DNA of 32,000 nucleotides from assembly GCF_053852315.1 (NCBI RefSeq), contig NZ_CM132658.1; one strand, given 5' to 3'. This document shows positions 19,642 to 30,612 of this stretch, one piece after another. Below the pieces are notes generated by a model. It saw nothing but the letters and a program-made list of their open reading frames with translations. It was not told where the DNA came from and searched no databases. Position numbers and translations under genes: made by a program. How positions within the stretch are numbered: the first letter of the stretch is position 1; the number at the start of each line of letters is the position of its first letter.

Positions 19642-20089
19642 TTTTCCCCAGCCCGGTGAGATTTACCGTTCTGCCGGTTTTCCCGATGTGGCCGTGGTCG
19701 GCATTCTGGAAGACGGTATTCCGTGGGAAATGCCGTACCGCTGCCCGGACATTGTCTGGAACCCGTACCGCCGTAAATTCAGTATCCTTGTGCGTATCCT
19801 CGCTGACGGGCGCACCACAGACATCCCGCTGGGGCGTTTTCTGCGGGAATTTACCTGTGACCGTCCTGACCTGTTCAGACGCAGCCCCGTAAACCGGCAT
19901 GCGGTACTGAAAGAAATGGCCGGAGACCCGGAATTACAGAAATGGCGGGAGAAATATCTGGATATTTACCCGCAGGACACTGTTCCGGCCAGCCGGGCGG
20001 CACCGGTGGCGCGGGAATGGCGGGAAATTCCCCGCACGGAGCCTGACCCGGAAATCACACCGGATAACAGTTACCGCAATTATCTGTAA
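19634..20089 (+). CDS. P4 ORF151-like protein
   Basis: 151 aa, overlaps the epsilon end; position and size match P4 orf151. Confidence 0.75.
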   Translation: MFDFPQPGEIYRSAGFPDVAVVGILEDGIPWEMPYRCPDIVWNPYRRKFSILVRILADGRTTDIPLGRFLREFTCDRPDLFRRSPVNRHAVLKEMAGDPELQKWREKYLDIYPQDTVPASRAAPVAREWREIPRTEPDPEITPDNSYRNYL

Positions 20090-20224
20090 TTAAAAAACGA
20101 CACCCGAAAAATTAAATGTGCGTATTCGCGCAGGGATACGCACGTCTTCAGGAGACGCAGATATGCCTTATCAGTTAATGCAACCGGCACGGAATGCAGT
20201 CATCTGTCACAGGGAGGAAAACAA

Positions 20225-20545
20225 ATGAAAACACCCTTACCGCCCGTCTTACGCGCTGCCCTTTACCGTCGCGCTGTCGCCTGTGCCTGGCTGACCGTGT
20301 GCGAACGTCAGCACCGCTACCCGCATCTCACCCTTGAATCACTGGAGGCGGCCATCGCCGCTGAGCTGGAAGGCTTTTATCTGCGCCAGCACGGTGAGGA
20401 AAAAGGGCGTCAGATAGCCTGTGCCCTGCTGGAAGATTTAATGGAATCCGGCCCCCTGAAGGCCGCGCCGTCGCTGTCCTTTCTCGGGCTGGTTGTGATG
20501 GATGAACTCTGTGCCCGTCACATAAAAGCGCCGGTACTGCACTGA
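20225..20545 (+). CDS. cnr: P4 Cnr-like copy-number regulator (ORF106)
   Basis: 106 aa immediately upstream of alpha. Confidence 0.78.
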
Positions 20546-20559
20546 AGGAGAACAACACC

Positions 20560-22893
20560 ATGAAAATGAACGTAACCGCCACCGTCAGCCATGCGCTCGG
20601 CCACTGGCCGCGTATTCTCCCGGCGCTGGGGATTCAGGTGCTGAAAAACCGTCATCAGCCCTGTCCGGTCTGTGGCGGGAGTGACCGTTTCCGTTTTGAT
20701 GACAGGGAGGGGCGCGGCACCTGGTACTGCAATCAGTGTGGTGCCGGTGACGGCCTGAAACTGGTTGAAAAGGTGTTTGGTGTTTCCCCGTCCGATGCGG
20801 CCGCAAAGGTGGCTGCCGTGACCGGCAGCCTGCCCCCTGCTGACCCGGCAGTGACGGCTGCCGCCGGTGCTGAAACAGACGCTGCCCGGAAGAACGCCGC
20901 CGCACTGGCACAAACCCTGATGGCGAAAACCCGTCCCGGAACCGGTAACGCCTACCTGACCCGCAAGGGCTTTCCCGGCCGGGAATGCCGGATGCTGACC
21001 GGCACACACAGAGCCGGTGGCGTGAGCTGGCGTGCCGGTGACCTTGTGGTGCCACTGTATGACGACAGCGGCGAACTGGTTAACCTTCAGTTAATCAGTG
21101 CTGACGGCCGTAAGCGCACCCTGAAAGGCGGACAGGTCAGGGGCACCTGTCACACCCTTGAAGGACAGAATCAGGCCGGAAAACGTCTGTGGATAGCGGA
21201 GGGATACGCGACCGCACTTACCGTGCATCACCTGACCGGTGAAACGGTGATGGTGGCGCTTTCTTCCGTGAATCTCCTTTCTCTGGCCAGCCTTGCCCGG
21301 CAGAAGCATCCGGCCTGTCAGATTGTCCTTGCTGCTGACCGTGACCTCAGCGGTGACGGCCAGAAAAAAGCCGCCGCAGCCGCAGGTGCGTGTGAAGGTG
21401 TTGTTGCCCTGCCGCCGGTCTTCGGTGACTGGAATGATGCCTTCACGCAGTACGGCGGGGAAGCCACCCGTAAGGCCATTTATGATGCCATCCGGCCACC
21501 GGCTGAAAGCCCGTTCGACACCATGAGCGAAGCGGAGTTTTCCGCCATGAGTACCAGCGAAAAGGCCATGCGTATCTATGAGCATTACGGCGAGGCGCTC
21601 GCGGTCGATGCCAACGGCCAGCTTCTGTCCCGCTATGAAAATGGTGTCTGGAAGGTGCTGCCGCCACAGGACTTTGCCCGGGATGTGGCCGGGCTGTTTC
21701 AGCGGCTGCGCGCGCCGTTCTCCTCCGGGAAGGTGGCCTCCGTGGTGGACACCCTGAAGCTGATTATTCCGCAGCAGGAAGCCCCCTCCCGCCGTCTGAT
21801 TGGCTTTCGTAACGGCGTGCTCGACACGCAGAACGGCACGTTCCACCCGCACAGTCCGTCACACTGGATGCGCACCCTGTGCGATGTGGATTTCACCCCG
21901 CCGGTGGACGGTGAAACGCTGGAAACCCACGCCCCCGCCTTCTGGCGCTGGCTTGACCGTGCCGCCGGTGGTCGTGCGGAAAAACGCGACGTGATTCTGG
22001 CCGCACTGTTTATGGTGCTGGCAAACCGCTACGACTGGCAGCTCTTTCTGGAGGTGACCGGTCCCGGCGGCAGCGGCAAAAGTATCATGGCCGAAATAGC
22101 CACCCTGCTGGCCGGTGAGGATAACGCCACGTCGGCCACCATCGAGACGCTGGAATCCCCGCGTGAACGTGCCGCGTTAACTGGCTTCTCACTGATACGC
22201 CTGCCGGACCAGGAAAAATGGAGCGGCGACGGTGCCGGACTCAAGGCCATCACCGGCGGCGATGCGGTGTCCGTGGACCCGAAATACCGGGATGCGTACT
22301 CCACGCATATCCCGGCGGTAATTCTGGCCGTGAACAATAACCCGATGCGCTTCACCGACCGCAGCGGCGGCGTGTCACGCCGGCGGGTGATTATTCACTT
22401 CCCGGAACAGATAGCCCCGCAGGAGCGCGACCCGCAGCTTAAGGACAAAATCACCCGCGAGCTGGCGGTCATCGTGCGTCACCTGATGCAGAAATTCAGC
22501 GACCCGATGCTCGCCCGGTCACTGCTTCAGTCCCAGCAGAACTCAGACGAGGCACTGAACATCAAACGGGATGCCGACCCGACGTTTGATTTTATCGGCT
22601 ATCTGGAAACCCTGCCGCAGACCAGCGGCATGTATATGGGGAACGCCAGTATCATCCCGCGCAATTACCGTAAATACCTCTATCACGCCTATCTGGCCTA
22701 CATGGAGGCAAACGGCTACCGGAATGTACTCAGTCTGAAAATGTTCGGGCTGGGGCTGCCGGTGATGCTGAAGGAATACGGACTGAATTACGAGAAGCGC
22801 CATACCAAACAGGGGATACAGACCAACCTGACGCTGAAAGAGGAAAGCTACGGCGACTGGCTGCCAAAATGTGACGACCCTGCAACAACCTGA
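20560..22893 (+). CDS. alpha: P4 alpha, primase-helicase replication protein
   Basis: 777 aa: zinc-binding primase N-terminus CPVCGGSDRFRFDDREGRGTWYCNQCG, Toprim-like region (IAEGYATALTVH, AADRDLSGDGQKKA), SF3 helicase Walker A GPGGSGKS. Confidence 0.96.
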   Translation: MKMNVTATVSHALGHWPRILPALGIQVLKNRHQPCPVCGGSDRFRFDDREGRGTWYCNQCGAGDGLKLVEKVFGVSPSDAAAKVAAVTGSLPPADPAVTAAAGAETDAARKNAAALAQTLMAKTRPGTGNAYLTRKGFPGRECRMLTGTHRAGGVSWRAGDLVVPLYDDSGELVNLQLISADGRKRTLKGGQVRGTCHTLEGQNQAGKRLWIAEGYATALTVHHLTGETVMVALSSVNLLSLASLARQKHPACQIVLAADRDLSGDGQKKAAAAAGACEGVVALPPVFGDWNDAFTQYGGEATRKAIYDAIRPPAESPFDTMSEAEFSAMSTSEKAMRIYEHYGEALAVDANGQLLSRYENGVWKVLPPQDFARDVAGLFQRLRAPFSSGKVASVVDTLKLIIPQQEAPSRRLIGFRNGVLDTQNGTFHPHSPSHWMRTLCDVDFTPPVDGETLETHAPAFWRWLDRAAGGRAEKRDVILAALFMVLANRYDWQLFLEVTGPGGSGKSIMAEIATLLAGEDNATSATIETLESPRERAALTGFSLIRLPDQEKWSGDGAGLKAITGGDAVSVDPKYRDAYSTHIPAVILAVNNNPMRFTDRSGGVSRRRVIIHFPEQIAPQERDPQLKDKITRELAVIVRHLMQKFSDPMLARSLLQSQQNSDEALNIKRDADPTFDFIGYLETLPQTSGMYMGNASIIPRNYRKYLYHAYLAYMEANGYRNVLSLKMFGLGLPVMLKEYGLNYEKRHTKQGIQTNLTLKEESYGDWLPKCDDPATT

Positions 22894-22943
22894 CTCACCT
22901 GACCGGCATCTGCCGGTCTTTTTTTATCCCTGAATTCCCCGAA

Positions 22944-23241
22944 GGTGAACAATCCACTGTTCACCCTTCACCGTATATTCACCCGTTATCACACTGAAAT
23001 TAAAAGAGAAAAACGAAAGGTGAACAGTGTGAACAATCAAATCAAAAAAAACTTTTTTCTCCCTGTGTGATTTTCAGTACGGGGGATTAATCACCGGTAT
23101 GAGTCACACCGCCAGAATGCCGGAGGTGAAGAATCGAATGTTCACCCTTCACCCATTATTCACCACCTATCCAACTGAAATAAAAAGAGAAAACAGAAAG
23201 GTGAACAGTGTGAACAGTTCTTTCGAAAAAAAATTTTTTCT
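22944..23241. repeat. Origin-like iteron region arranged as an imperfect duplication with 181-bp offset
   Basis: GGTGAACAG-type repeats at 22944, 22957 (reverse), 23019 and 23200; unit 1 22944-23060 and unit 2 23125-23241 share extended similarity. Confidence 0.75.
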
Positions 23242-23278
23242 TACTTTTAATTGTGTAAAAAACAAGCGATGCGCGCAG

Positions 23279-23299
23279 TGTGTATAGATATGTGTATAG
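23279..23299 (+). promoter_or_regulatory. Pair of TGTGTATAG direct repeats (candidate right-arm integrase sites)
   Basis: tgtgtatag at 23279-23287 and 23291-23299, identical to 12745-12753. Confidence 0.45.
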
Positions 23300-23358
23300 T
23301 TATATTTTTTGAATATAATTATCTATTATAAATCAATGCTTTATCTTTTAATATTCAT

Positions 23359-23373
23359 TCCTATTATCACCAT
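23359..23373 (+). other. Candidate degenerate attR
   Basis: tcctattatcaccat versus thrW 3' end tcctattatcGGCaccat (12615 onward). Confidence 0.35.
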
Positions 23374-23498
23374 TAAAATCAAAGAGTTACCCCATATTTA
23401 AATACACCACGTTTCCTCCTGTGCCGCATTTGTGCCATTGTAACCTTGGCAATTCATCAAAATACTGTTCTGACATCAGGCAGTGCAGGTGCAGCTAT

Positions 23499-23909
23499 TT
23501 AAACCAATTGCTGCCGCCATTCTTTGACGTAGTCAATCAGGGCGCGGAGCTTTGGTGCAATATTGCGACGCTGTGGGAAATACAGATAGAAGCCCGGAAA
23601 TTGTGGAAGAAAGTCATCAAGCAGCGATACAAGCTTACCGCTTTCAATATATGGCCTGAAAGTTTCCTGAGTGGCAATTGTTATTCCTCCGCCGGCAAGA
23701 GCCAGCCTCAACATCAGACGCAGATCATTAGTCGTAATCTGCGGTTCAATCGCAAGGTCGAAAGTTCTCCCGTTTTCTTCAAATGGCCAGCGATAAGGCG
23801 CAACCTCCGGGGACTGACGCCAGCCGATACACTTATGGGTATTTCCCCCGGAGGCGAGAAAGCGCTCTCCACGCCCGGCCGCAAGGATCAGGACGACGGG
23901 GGCAGGCAT
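23499..23909 (-). pseudogene. yagP: YagP: chimeric ORF, MocA-like nucleotidyltransferase N-terminus fused to LysR-family C-terminal domain
   Basis: MPAPVVLILAAGRGERFLASGGNTHK (NTase GXGXR-type start) then CIGWRQSPEVAPYRWPFEENGRTFDL...GGGITIATQETFRPYIESGKLVSLL...FYLYFPQRR (LysR effector domain end). Confidence 0.75.
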
Positions 23910-24844
23910 GAATCCTCCTCATGATGGAGACGTACAGAGGCGATTTCTGCCAGCACGGAGAGTGCCAGAGTATGCGCATCCCGGGCTTTGGGGAATATCC
24001 CGACGGGGGCCCGGATTTGCGCTGTCTCCTCCCTGGACCATCCCAGCTCGTGGAGCTTTTGCAGACGTAACGTGTGGGTTCGATGGCTGCCCAATGCGCC
24101 GAGATAAAAGGGTTTTGCTTCTCGCGCGGCCTGCAATGCTGGCAGCTCCCAGTTGAGATCATGGCACAGCAAAATGACCGCCGTGTCGGTATCGATCTGA
24201 GCGCTGGCTGAGGCCGGAAAAAGATCGAAGATATGGCTGTCATAGCCTGTGGCTGCTGCAAGACTCGCGGTTGCCTGCGCCTCAAGAGAACGTCCGTAAA
24301 TCATCAGCCTGACGCATGGCCTGAACCCCACCTCAAAGCCATTGAGATTCCAGCCCGTTCGGGTTTGCGTGGGCAGGCACACCAACGATTGTGCTTGCGG
24401 ATCGTAGCGCAGCCCCGCCGGTTTTCTCTGTTCCAGACGGTTCAGCACGGCGAGCAGAGGCTGTGCCGAGCGTAGTTTATGGAGCGTCAGCGTGATCCCA
24501 CCGCCGCAGGGCAGAACGATGTCAAACCACGGCGAACCTTCGCCATAGCGAATTTCGCGATCGCGGCCTGAGCCCATCATCTCCAGCGCTTCAAAAGCGG
24601 CAGCGGCCTCCACGCAGCCGCCAGAGACAAAACCGCAGTAACGACCATCTTCGCGAACCACCATCTGCGCCCCGAGCGGGCGCGCCGCGCCGCCGTGTAT
24701 CTCCACCAGCGTCACCAGCACCGCTCCTTTACCGGACATTAGCGCCTCTACGGCGAAGCGCAGAATGGTCCGGTGGTCATCGGTGAGAAACGCCTGCTCT
24801 GGCTTATGCCAGTGTTCGTCTTTATCAAAAAGCGGGTATGACAT
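23888..24844 (-). CDS. paoD: Molybdenum cofactor insertion chaperone PaoD (XdhC-like)
   Basis: 318 aa, XdhC-like, downstream gene of the paoABC operon. Confidence 0.9.
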   Translation of the reverse strand: MSYPLFDKDEHWHKPEQAFLTDDHRTILRFAVEALMSGKGAVLVTLVEIHGGAARPLGAQMVVREDGRYCGFVSGGCVEAAAAFEALEMMGSGRDREIRYGEGSPWFDIVLPCGGGITLTLHKLRSAQPLLAVLNRLEQRKPAGLRYDPQAQSLVCLPTQTRTGWNLNGFEVGFRPCVRLMIYGRSLEAQATASLAAATGYDSHIFDLFPASASAQIDTDTAVILLCHDLNWELPALQAAREAKPFYLGALGSHRTHTLRLQKLHELGWSREETAQIRAPVGIFPKARDAHTLALSVLAEIASVRLHHEEDSCLPPSS

Positions 24845-24853
24845 TGTTTCTCC

Positions 24854-27052
24854 TTAAACCACATCCGGCAGCTTATCGAGCAGCTTATCCAGAGTGATGG
24901 GATAATCCCGTACCCGAATACCGGTGGCGTTATACACCGCGTTGGCGATAGCCGCGCTCACGCCGCACAGGCCCAACTCACCGACACCTTTGGCCTTCAT
25001 CGGGGAGGATATGGGGTCGGTATCATCCAGGAAAATCACCTCCTGTTTTGGGATATCCGCATGGACCGGCACCTCATACCCCGCCATATCGTGATTAACG
25101 AAGTAGCCCAAACGGTCATCCACCGCCAGCTCCTCCATCAGTGCCGCACCCATGCCCATAGTCATTGCGCCAATGACCTGGCTGCGCGCAGTTTTCGGAT
25201 TCAGGATGCGTCCTGCAGCACACACAGCGAGCATACGCCGGACCCGAACTTCTCCCGTCGCGCTATGCACGCCGACCTCCACAAAATGCCCGGCAAAGGT
25301 CGACTGCTGGTACTCTTTGCTCAGTGTTCCGAATTCAATGCTCTCTTCCGCTGTCAGTCTGCCGCCTGCGGTGGCTTCATGTAGCGTGGCGCTTCGGGTA
25401 CCGTTGGTAATCTTGCCGTCGGCAAACTGCGACTGCTCAGGATCAAACCCGACTGCCGAGGCAATCATTTCGCGAAGCTTCATACAGGCGGCGTAAACGC
25501 CGGAGGTGGAGGTATTCGCGCCCCATTGTCCACCAGAACCCGCAGAAACCGGGAAACTGGAATCGCCGAGGTGAACCGCAACCTGCTCCAGCGGTACGCC
25601 AAGCATTTCCGCTGCCGTCTGGGCCAGAATGGTGTAGCTGCCGGTGCCAATGTCGGTCATGTCCGTTTCTACGGTAACGGTGCCGTTTTGTTCGAGGTGA
25701 ACCCGAGCACCCGATTTTTCCAGCAGATTATTGCGAAAGCCCGCCGCAACACCGTGGCCGACTAGCCACTCCCCGTCGCGCACCTGTCCGGGTGTGGCGT
25801 TGCGCTGCTTCCAGCCAAATTTATCCGCTCCGGTGCGCAAGCACTCGATAAGCTGACGGCGAGAGAAGCAGCGCGTCGGGTCGGCGGGGTCAACCTGAGT
25901 GTCATTCAGGATGCGAAACTCGACGGGATCGATGCCCGCTTTTTCCGCCAGTTCGTCGATCGCGATTTCGAGCGCCATCAGACCGGGGGCTTCGCCGGGC
26001 GCACGCATGGCGTTCCCTTCCGGCAAATCAAGCGTGGCGAGCCGCAGGCCGGTATGACGATTCGCCCCGGCGTAGAGTAATTCGCTTTGCTGTACCGCCG
26101 TTTCCGGCGTGCCGCCGGGCAGGTTTCCAGACCAGCTTTCATGTGAGATAGCGGTGATTTTCCCGCTCTGGTCGGCACCGATACGCAAGTGCTGAAGGGT
26201 GGCGGGGCGGTGCGTGGTGTTATTGGGAATAGAGGGGCGGGGGAGCATCACTTTAACCGGACGTTTCACCGCTCGGGCGGCGAGGGCCGCCAGCAGCGCA
26301 TCGCTTCTCAGGAACAGCTTGCCGCCAAACCCTCCGCCGATATACGGGGAGATAATACGCACATTCTCCACGGGAACTTTCAGCGTTTTTGCCAGATCGG
26401 TGCGGCACCAGTCAATCATCTGATTTGAGGTCCAGAGGGTAAGCTTATTTCCATCCCAGACGGCCATCGAGGCATGCGGCTCCATCGCCATATGGCTCTG
26501 GTCCGGGGTCGTGTAGGTAGCATCAATCTTCACCGCAGCGGAGGTGAAAGCCCCGTCAAAGTCACCGACGTTTTTGTCGGGCGTGTCTTCCGGCGGCTGA
26601 TTGACGGCCTGTTTTTCGTCCGCCAGGGAGTAAGCTCCTTTATTACGGCGATAGTGTGCCTGCACCAGCGAGGCCGCCGCTCGCGCCTGTTCGAAGGTCT
26701 CGGCCACTACCAGCGCAATGGCCTGATGATAGTGCTCAATAGTGGGGCCGCCTAACAGCCTGGCGGTGTTTTTGTCGCCTTTGCCGAGTGCCCCGGCGTT
26801 ACTGGCGGTAATGACAGCCAGTACGCCCGGCGCTTTTTGCGCGGCGTCCGTATCAAGGGCGGTGAGGCGTCCTTTGGCAATGGCGGAACCGACGATATAG
26901 CCATAGGCGGCGTTGGGGGCCTCTTCATGCCATTCGTAGGCGTAGCGTGCCGTGCCGGTAGTTTTCAGCGGTCCGTCGATGCGGTCATGGGGACGACCGA
27001 CAACCTTCAGCTGATCGATCGGGTTTTCCCCTGCGGGTTTATCAAATTTCAT
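24854..27052 (-). CDS. paoC: Aldehyde dehydrogenase, molybdenum cofactor-binding subunit PaoC
   Basis: 732 aa xanthine oxidase family large subunit ([29 protein letters not shown]). Confidence 0.95.
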   Translation of the reverse strand: MKFDKPAGENPIDQLKVVGRPHDRIDGPLKTTGTARYAYEWHEEAPNAAYGYIVGSAIAKGRLTALDTDAAQKAPGVLAVITASNAGALGKGDKNTARLLGGPTIEHYHQAIALVVAETFEQARAAASLVQAHYRRNKGAYSLADEKQAVNQPPEDTPDKNVGDFDGAFTSAAVKIDATYTTPDQSHMAMEPHASMAVWDGNKLTLWTSNQMIDWCRTDLAKTLKVPVENVRIISPYIGGGFGGKLFLRSDALLAALAARAVKRPVKVMLPRPSIPNNTTHRPATLQHLRIGADQSGKITAISHESWSGNLPGGTPETAVQQSELLYAGANRHTGLRLATLDLPEGNAMRAPGEAPGLMALEIAIDELAEKAGIDPVEFRILNDTQVDPADPTRCFSRRQLIECLRTGADKFGWKQRNATPGQVRDGEWLVGHGVAAGFRNNLLEKSGARVHLEQNGTVTVETDMTDIGTGSYTILAQTAAEMLGVPLEQVAVHLGDSSFPVSAGSGGQWGANTSTSGVYAACMKLREMIASAVGFDPEQSQFADGKITNGTRSATLHEATAGGRLTAEESIEFGTLSKEYQQSTFAGHFVEVGVHSATGEVRVRRMLAVCAAGRILNPKTARSQVIGAMTMGMGAALMEELAVDDRLGYFVNHDMAGYEVPVHADIPKQEVIFLDDTDPISSPMKAKGVGELGLCGVSAAIANAVYNATGIRVRDYPITLDKLLDKLPDVV

Positions 27053-28005
27053 GCCTGTGCCCTCGCTTCAGCCAGTACGGAGGCAAGCGTTCGCTTCGCC
27101 AACAGGAGTTTAAAGGTGTTTTCAGCGGTGGGATGGGCGCTGGCGAACAGCGTGTCATATACGGCCTGCGCCCCCTGGGATAGCTGAGCATCCGCAGCCT
27201 CAATGCGCCAGGGCTTATGTGCTACTCCGCCCAGCGCGACGCGCCCGCTGCCGTCAGGCTGAATAATCGCCGCGACCGATACCAGGGCAAAGGCGTAGGA
27301 GGCGCGATCGCGCACCTTACGGTAGATATGTTTTCCGCCGAGCGGTGGAGGTAACGTCACCGCAACGATAAGCTCACCGGGAAGCAGGGCGGTTTCAATG
27401 TGCGGCGTTTTCCCCGGTGGGTGATAAAAATCAGCCAGTGTGATACTGCGAGTCTTTCCCTCCGGCGTGATGGTTTCCACCACCGCATCCAGCAACCGCA
27501 TTGCGACCGCCATATCGCTCGGATGGGTGGCTATGCAGGCTTCACTTACGCCTACCACCGCGTGCTGACGGCTAAAGCCTTCAAGCGCCGCGCAGCCGCT
27601 CCCGGGCAGGCGCTTATTGCAGGGCTGATTGGTGTCGTAAAAATAGGGGCAGCGCGTGCGCTGGAGCAGATTACCTGCGGTGGTTGCCTGATTACGTAAC
27701 TGACCAGATGCGCCAGCGAGCAGGGCGCGGGAGAGTACCGCGTAATCACGACGCACGCGCTCGTGAGCCGCCAGGTCGGTGTTCCGTACCAGTGCGCCGA
27801 TGCGCAGCCCACCCGCGTCGGTCACTTCAATCTTATCGAGCCCGAGGCCGTTCACATCGATAAGGTGGGTGGGCGTTTCAATTTCCAGCTTCATCAGGTC
27901 CAGCAGATTGGTCCCGCCCGCGATAAATTTTGCGCCGGGTACGCGCTGAGCGCTAAGTGCCGCCTCGGCTGGGGTGTTCACTCGTTCATAGGTAAACGCC
28001 TTCAT
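27049..28005 (-). CDS. paoB: Aldehyde dehydrogenase, FAD-binding subunit PaoB
   Basis: 318 aa, FAD-binding motif [11 protein letters not shown] and [21 protein letters not shown]. Confidence 0.95.
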   Translation of the reverse strand: MKAFTYERVNTPAEAALSAQRVPGAKFIAGGTNLLDLMKLEIETPTHLIDVNGLGLDKIEVTDAGGLRIGALVRNTDLAAHERVRRDYAVLSRALLAGASGQLRNQATTAGNLLQRTRCPYFYDTNQPCNKRLPGSGCAALEGFSRQHAVVGVSEACIATHPSDMAVAMRLLDAVVETITPEGKTRSITLADFYHPPGKTPHIETALLPGELIVAVTLPPPLGGKHIYRKVRDRASYAFALVSVAAIIQPDGSGRVALGGVAHKPWRIEAADAQLSQGAQAVYDTLFASAHPTAENTFKLLLAKRTLASVLAEARAQA

Positions 28006-28691
28006 GATTTTATCTCCCCCGCAGCATCTTCAATGGCGGCAAGGATGTTAGCGTATGCACCACAGCGACAGATGTTGCCGCTCATACGTTCACGGATCTC
28101 ATCGGCAGTTGTTTCTGGAGCGGAAACCAAATCGACCGTGACGTGACTGGGAATGCCGTCCTGAATCTCTTTTAGCACCGCTACTGATGAGCAAATTTGC
28201 CCGGAGGTGCAGTAGCCGCACTGGAAGCCATCATGCTTGATAAAGGCCGCCTGCATGGGGTGAAGATTATCTGGCGAACCCAGGCCTTCAATGGTGGTGA
28301 TCTCGGCCCCCTGATGCATGACTGCAAGCGTCAGGCAGGCATTAAGCCTGCGACCATTGACCAGCACGGTACAGGCTCCGCACTGTCCGTGATCGCAACC
28401 TTTCTTGGTACCGATCAAATGCAGATTTTCACGCAAAGCGTCCAGTAGCGTGGTTCGGGTATCCACCTCAAGCTGCTCGGTTTTGCCGTTCACCTTCAGT
28501 GTCAGGGGCATTATCTCTGGCGCGGGTGTAGCTGCCGGAACGCTTGCCGCCAGCGTAGAATGAGGATAAACCACGGCGGTCGCCGCTGTTGCGGCGCTCA
28601 CTTTAATCAGATCGCGACGGGTCAAACTTAAATCGTGCGGCTCGTGCTTCCCAACCCGATTATCTTCGGGGTATTCGCCTTGGTTGCTCAT
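28002..28691 (-). CDS. paoA: Aldehyde dehydrogenase, 2Fe-2S subunit PaoA
   Basis: 229 aa, Tat-type signal ([19 protein letters not shown]) and 2Fe-2S motifs [21 protein letters not shown] and CGYCTSGQI...CRCGAY. Confidence 0.95.
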   Translation of the reverse strand: MSNQGEYPEDNRVGKHEPHDLSLTRRDLIKVSAATAATAVVYPHSTLAASVPAATPAPEIMPLTLKVNGKTEQLEVDTRTTLLDALRENLHLIGTKKGCDHGQCGACTVLVNGRRLNACLTLAVMHQGAEITTIEGLGSPDNLHPMQAAFIKHDGFQCGYCTSGQICSSVAVLKEIQDGIPSHVTVDLVSAPETTADEIRERMSGNICRCGAYANILAAIEDAAGEIKS

Positions 28692-29108
28692 ACCAGGCCT
28701 CCGGTATTCTAAAGGGGAAAATAAGAGTGCGTTGCGAGAGTGCTGATGCTTTTTTAAATGTTAAGCATAGTCGGCGACAGCAGGAGGATTATTCTTAAAA
28801 CGCGAATGCAGCTATGAGCCCGGCTAATAAATTCATGTTCGCCGGGATGTTGATGATGATGGGAGCTGGTTTATTGCTTTAGTTGTACGATGCAAAAACC
28901 AATAAGGAAACCTGTGATTTTCAGCTCTGCATCACCCTGCAAATCTCTGTCACTTCTAATATAAAAATAGGGAGAAATGATGGAGCTTATATTCATTGGC
29001 GATTAGGAAACCATCTTGTTATACAAAACAATACAGTTCTTTACATTTGCCTTGTTTTATGAATACTCCTGAAGAGGTGTATAACATAATGGTACAAGCA
29101 GGGTAGAT

Positions 29109-29723
29109 ATGAATATATTTGAACAAACTCCACCGAACCGCAGACGTTATGGTCTTGCTGCATTCATTGGGCTGATTGCTGGCGTTGTTTCCGCATTCGT
29201 GAAGTGGGGGGCTGAAGTTCCATTGCCGCCACGTAGCCCGGTGGATATGTTTAATGCAGCGTGTGGCCCGGAATCATTAATCAGGGCTGCAGGCCAAATT
29301 GATTGCTCGCGTAATTTTCTCAATCCACCGTATATTTTTCTTCGAGACTGGTTGGGGCTGACAGATCCCAATGCGGCTGTTTATACCTTTGCCGGGCATG
29401 TCTTTAACTGGGTTGGTGTTACGCACATTATCTTTTCGATAGTGTTTGCTGTCGGTTATTGTGTGGTCGCTGAAGTATTTCCAAAAATTAAACTCTGGCA
29501 GGGCTTACTGGCAGGTGCTTTAGCCCAACTTTTTGTTCATATGATTTCATTCCCTCTCATGGGACTGACGCCACCTCTGTTTGATCTCCCGTGGTATGAG
29601 AATGTTTCTGAAATTTTTGGACATTTAGTCTGGTTCTGGTCTATTGAAATTATTCGCAGAGATTTACGAAACAGAATTACTCATGAGCCAGACCCTGAGA
29701 TCCCTTTAGGCTCAAACAGATAA
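29109..29723 (+). CDS. yagU: Inner membrane protein YagU
   Basis: 204 aa membrane protein (DUF1440-like), synteny downstream of paoA. Confidence 0.92.
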
Positions 29724-29970
29724 TGCATTGAATGATAAAAATGGCGCAAATACAGCGCCATTTTTATAGGTTAAAAACATTGCTTTTTATATTCTGATTC
29801 AGATAGTCAGTGAGTATATCGCGCTACTTCAGGATGATGTAGATCCGAAGAACGCTACAGAAGAGAGGCATTGTTGCTGGCAAATAGAAGAAGTATCGGG
29901 TTTTGTTACCCCTGAAAAACGAAGCCCCGCTATTATCGCTGGCGGGGCAGTGCAATTAATTATTGTATGT

Positions 29971-30300
29971 TTATAACGGTGTCAGCCCGTATTTAGCCCT
30001 TGCACGATTGCAAGCCTCATTGACGACTCCGTTCTCACCAGACATGGCGAATTCTCTGCATGTGGACGATCGATTTTTATATATCGTGCAGCAGGCATTT
30101 TTGCCCGGGGTTCCTGCAAGGGCAATACATCGGGGGTTTTTCTGATTGGTACCGCTCATGCATCGGTGAAAAGGGGATATTTGTTCAGTGAGCCTGGCGG
30201 GAATGGTACCGCCAGCATCGTCGGCTTCGGCCCAGTAAAAAGAGACGCGGAAAAATGCACAACAGGCACCACACGTCATGCATGGATTCAGATTGCTCAT
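29971..30300 (-). CDS. ykgJ: Cys-rich YkgJ-family protein
   Basis: 109 aa with [13 protein letters not shown] ... [14 protein letters not shown] (zinc/iron-chelating UPF0153-type pattern). Confidence 0.9.
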
Positions 30301-30612
30301 AATTCACCAGTACAGCTATAAATCGTAAAGAGAACAGCGGTACATCGTATGTAAGAACGTACCGCGGTTGGCTGGGGAACTTTCGATAGTGTGAGTATTG
30401 AATGATTTCCAGCCGTTACCGATTTTACGTACTAATTCGTGATTAAACCACTCGTTAGCAGGCTGCCTGATATCTTTCCGTGTCTCCTGAACACTATGGT
30501 GTGCATATGAGAAAGCCCATCGTTACAGGTGACATTGACGATCGCTTCCACATCATTTAAACGATTTTTGGAGCTCTGAGGTGGAATTCTTCCCTCGACC
30601 GATGGATAAGTC

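Larger units (their letters stand above)
12616..23373 (+). mobile_element. P4-family phage satellite integrated at the 3' end of thrW
   Basis: Integrase adjacent to tRNA plus the P4 order int-[cargo]-cos-psu-delta-sid-crr-vis-kil-epsilon-orf151-cnr-alpha-ori. The right end is approximate, placed at a partial thrW match. Confidence 0.93.

Noticed and set aside
23421-23924. 167-aa plus-strand ORF antisense to yagP
   Set aside because: Antisense to the yagP/LysR frame; basic, low-complexity composition with no motif.
24854-28691. paoABCD region as part of the mobile element
   Set aside because: yagP-paoDCBA-yagU-ykgJ-ecpED is the conserved E. coli backbone order and lacks mobility genes or a thrW repeat at its far side.
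29990-30600. Direct repeats or regulatory RNA in the ykgJ-ecpE gap
   Set aside because: Only weak inverted repeats (e.g. cggtacatcg...gaacgtaccg); nothing exceeds chance by eye.
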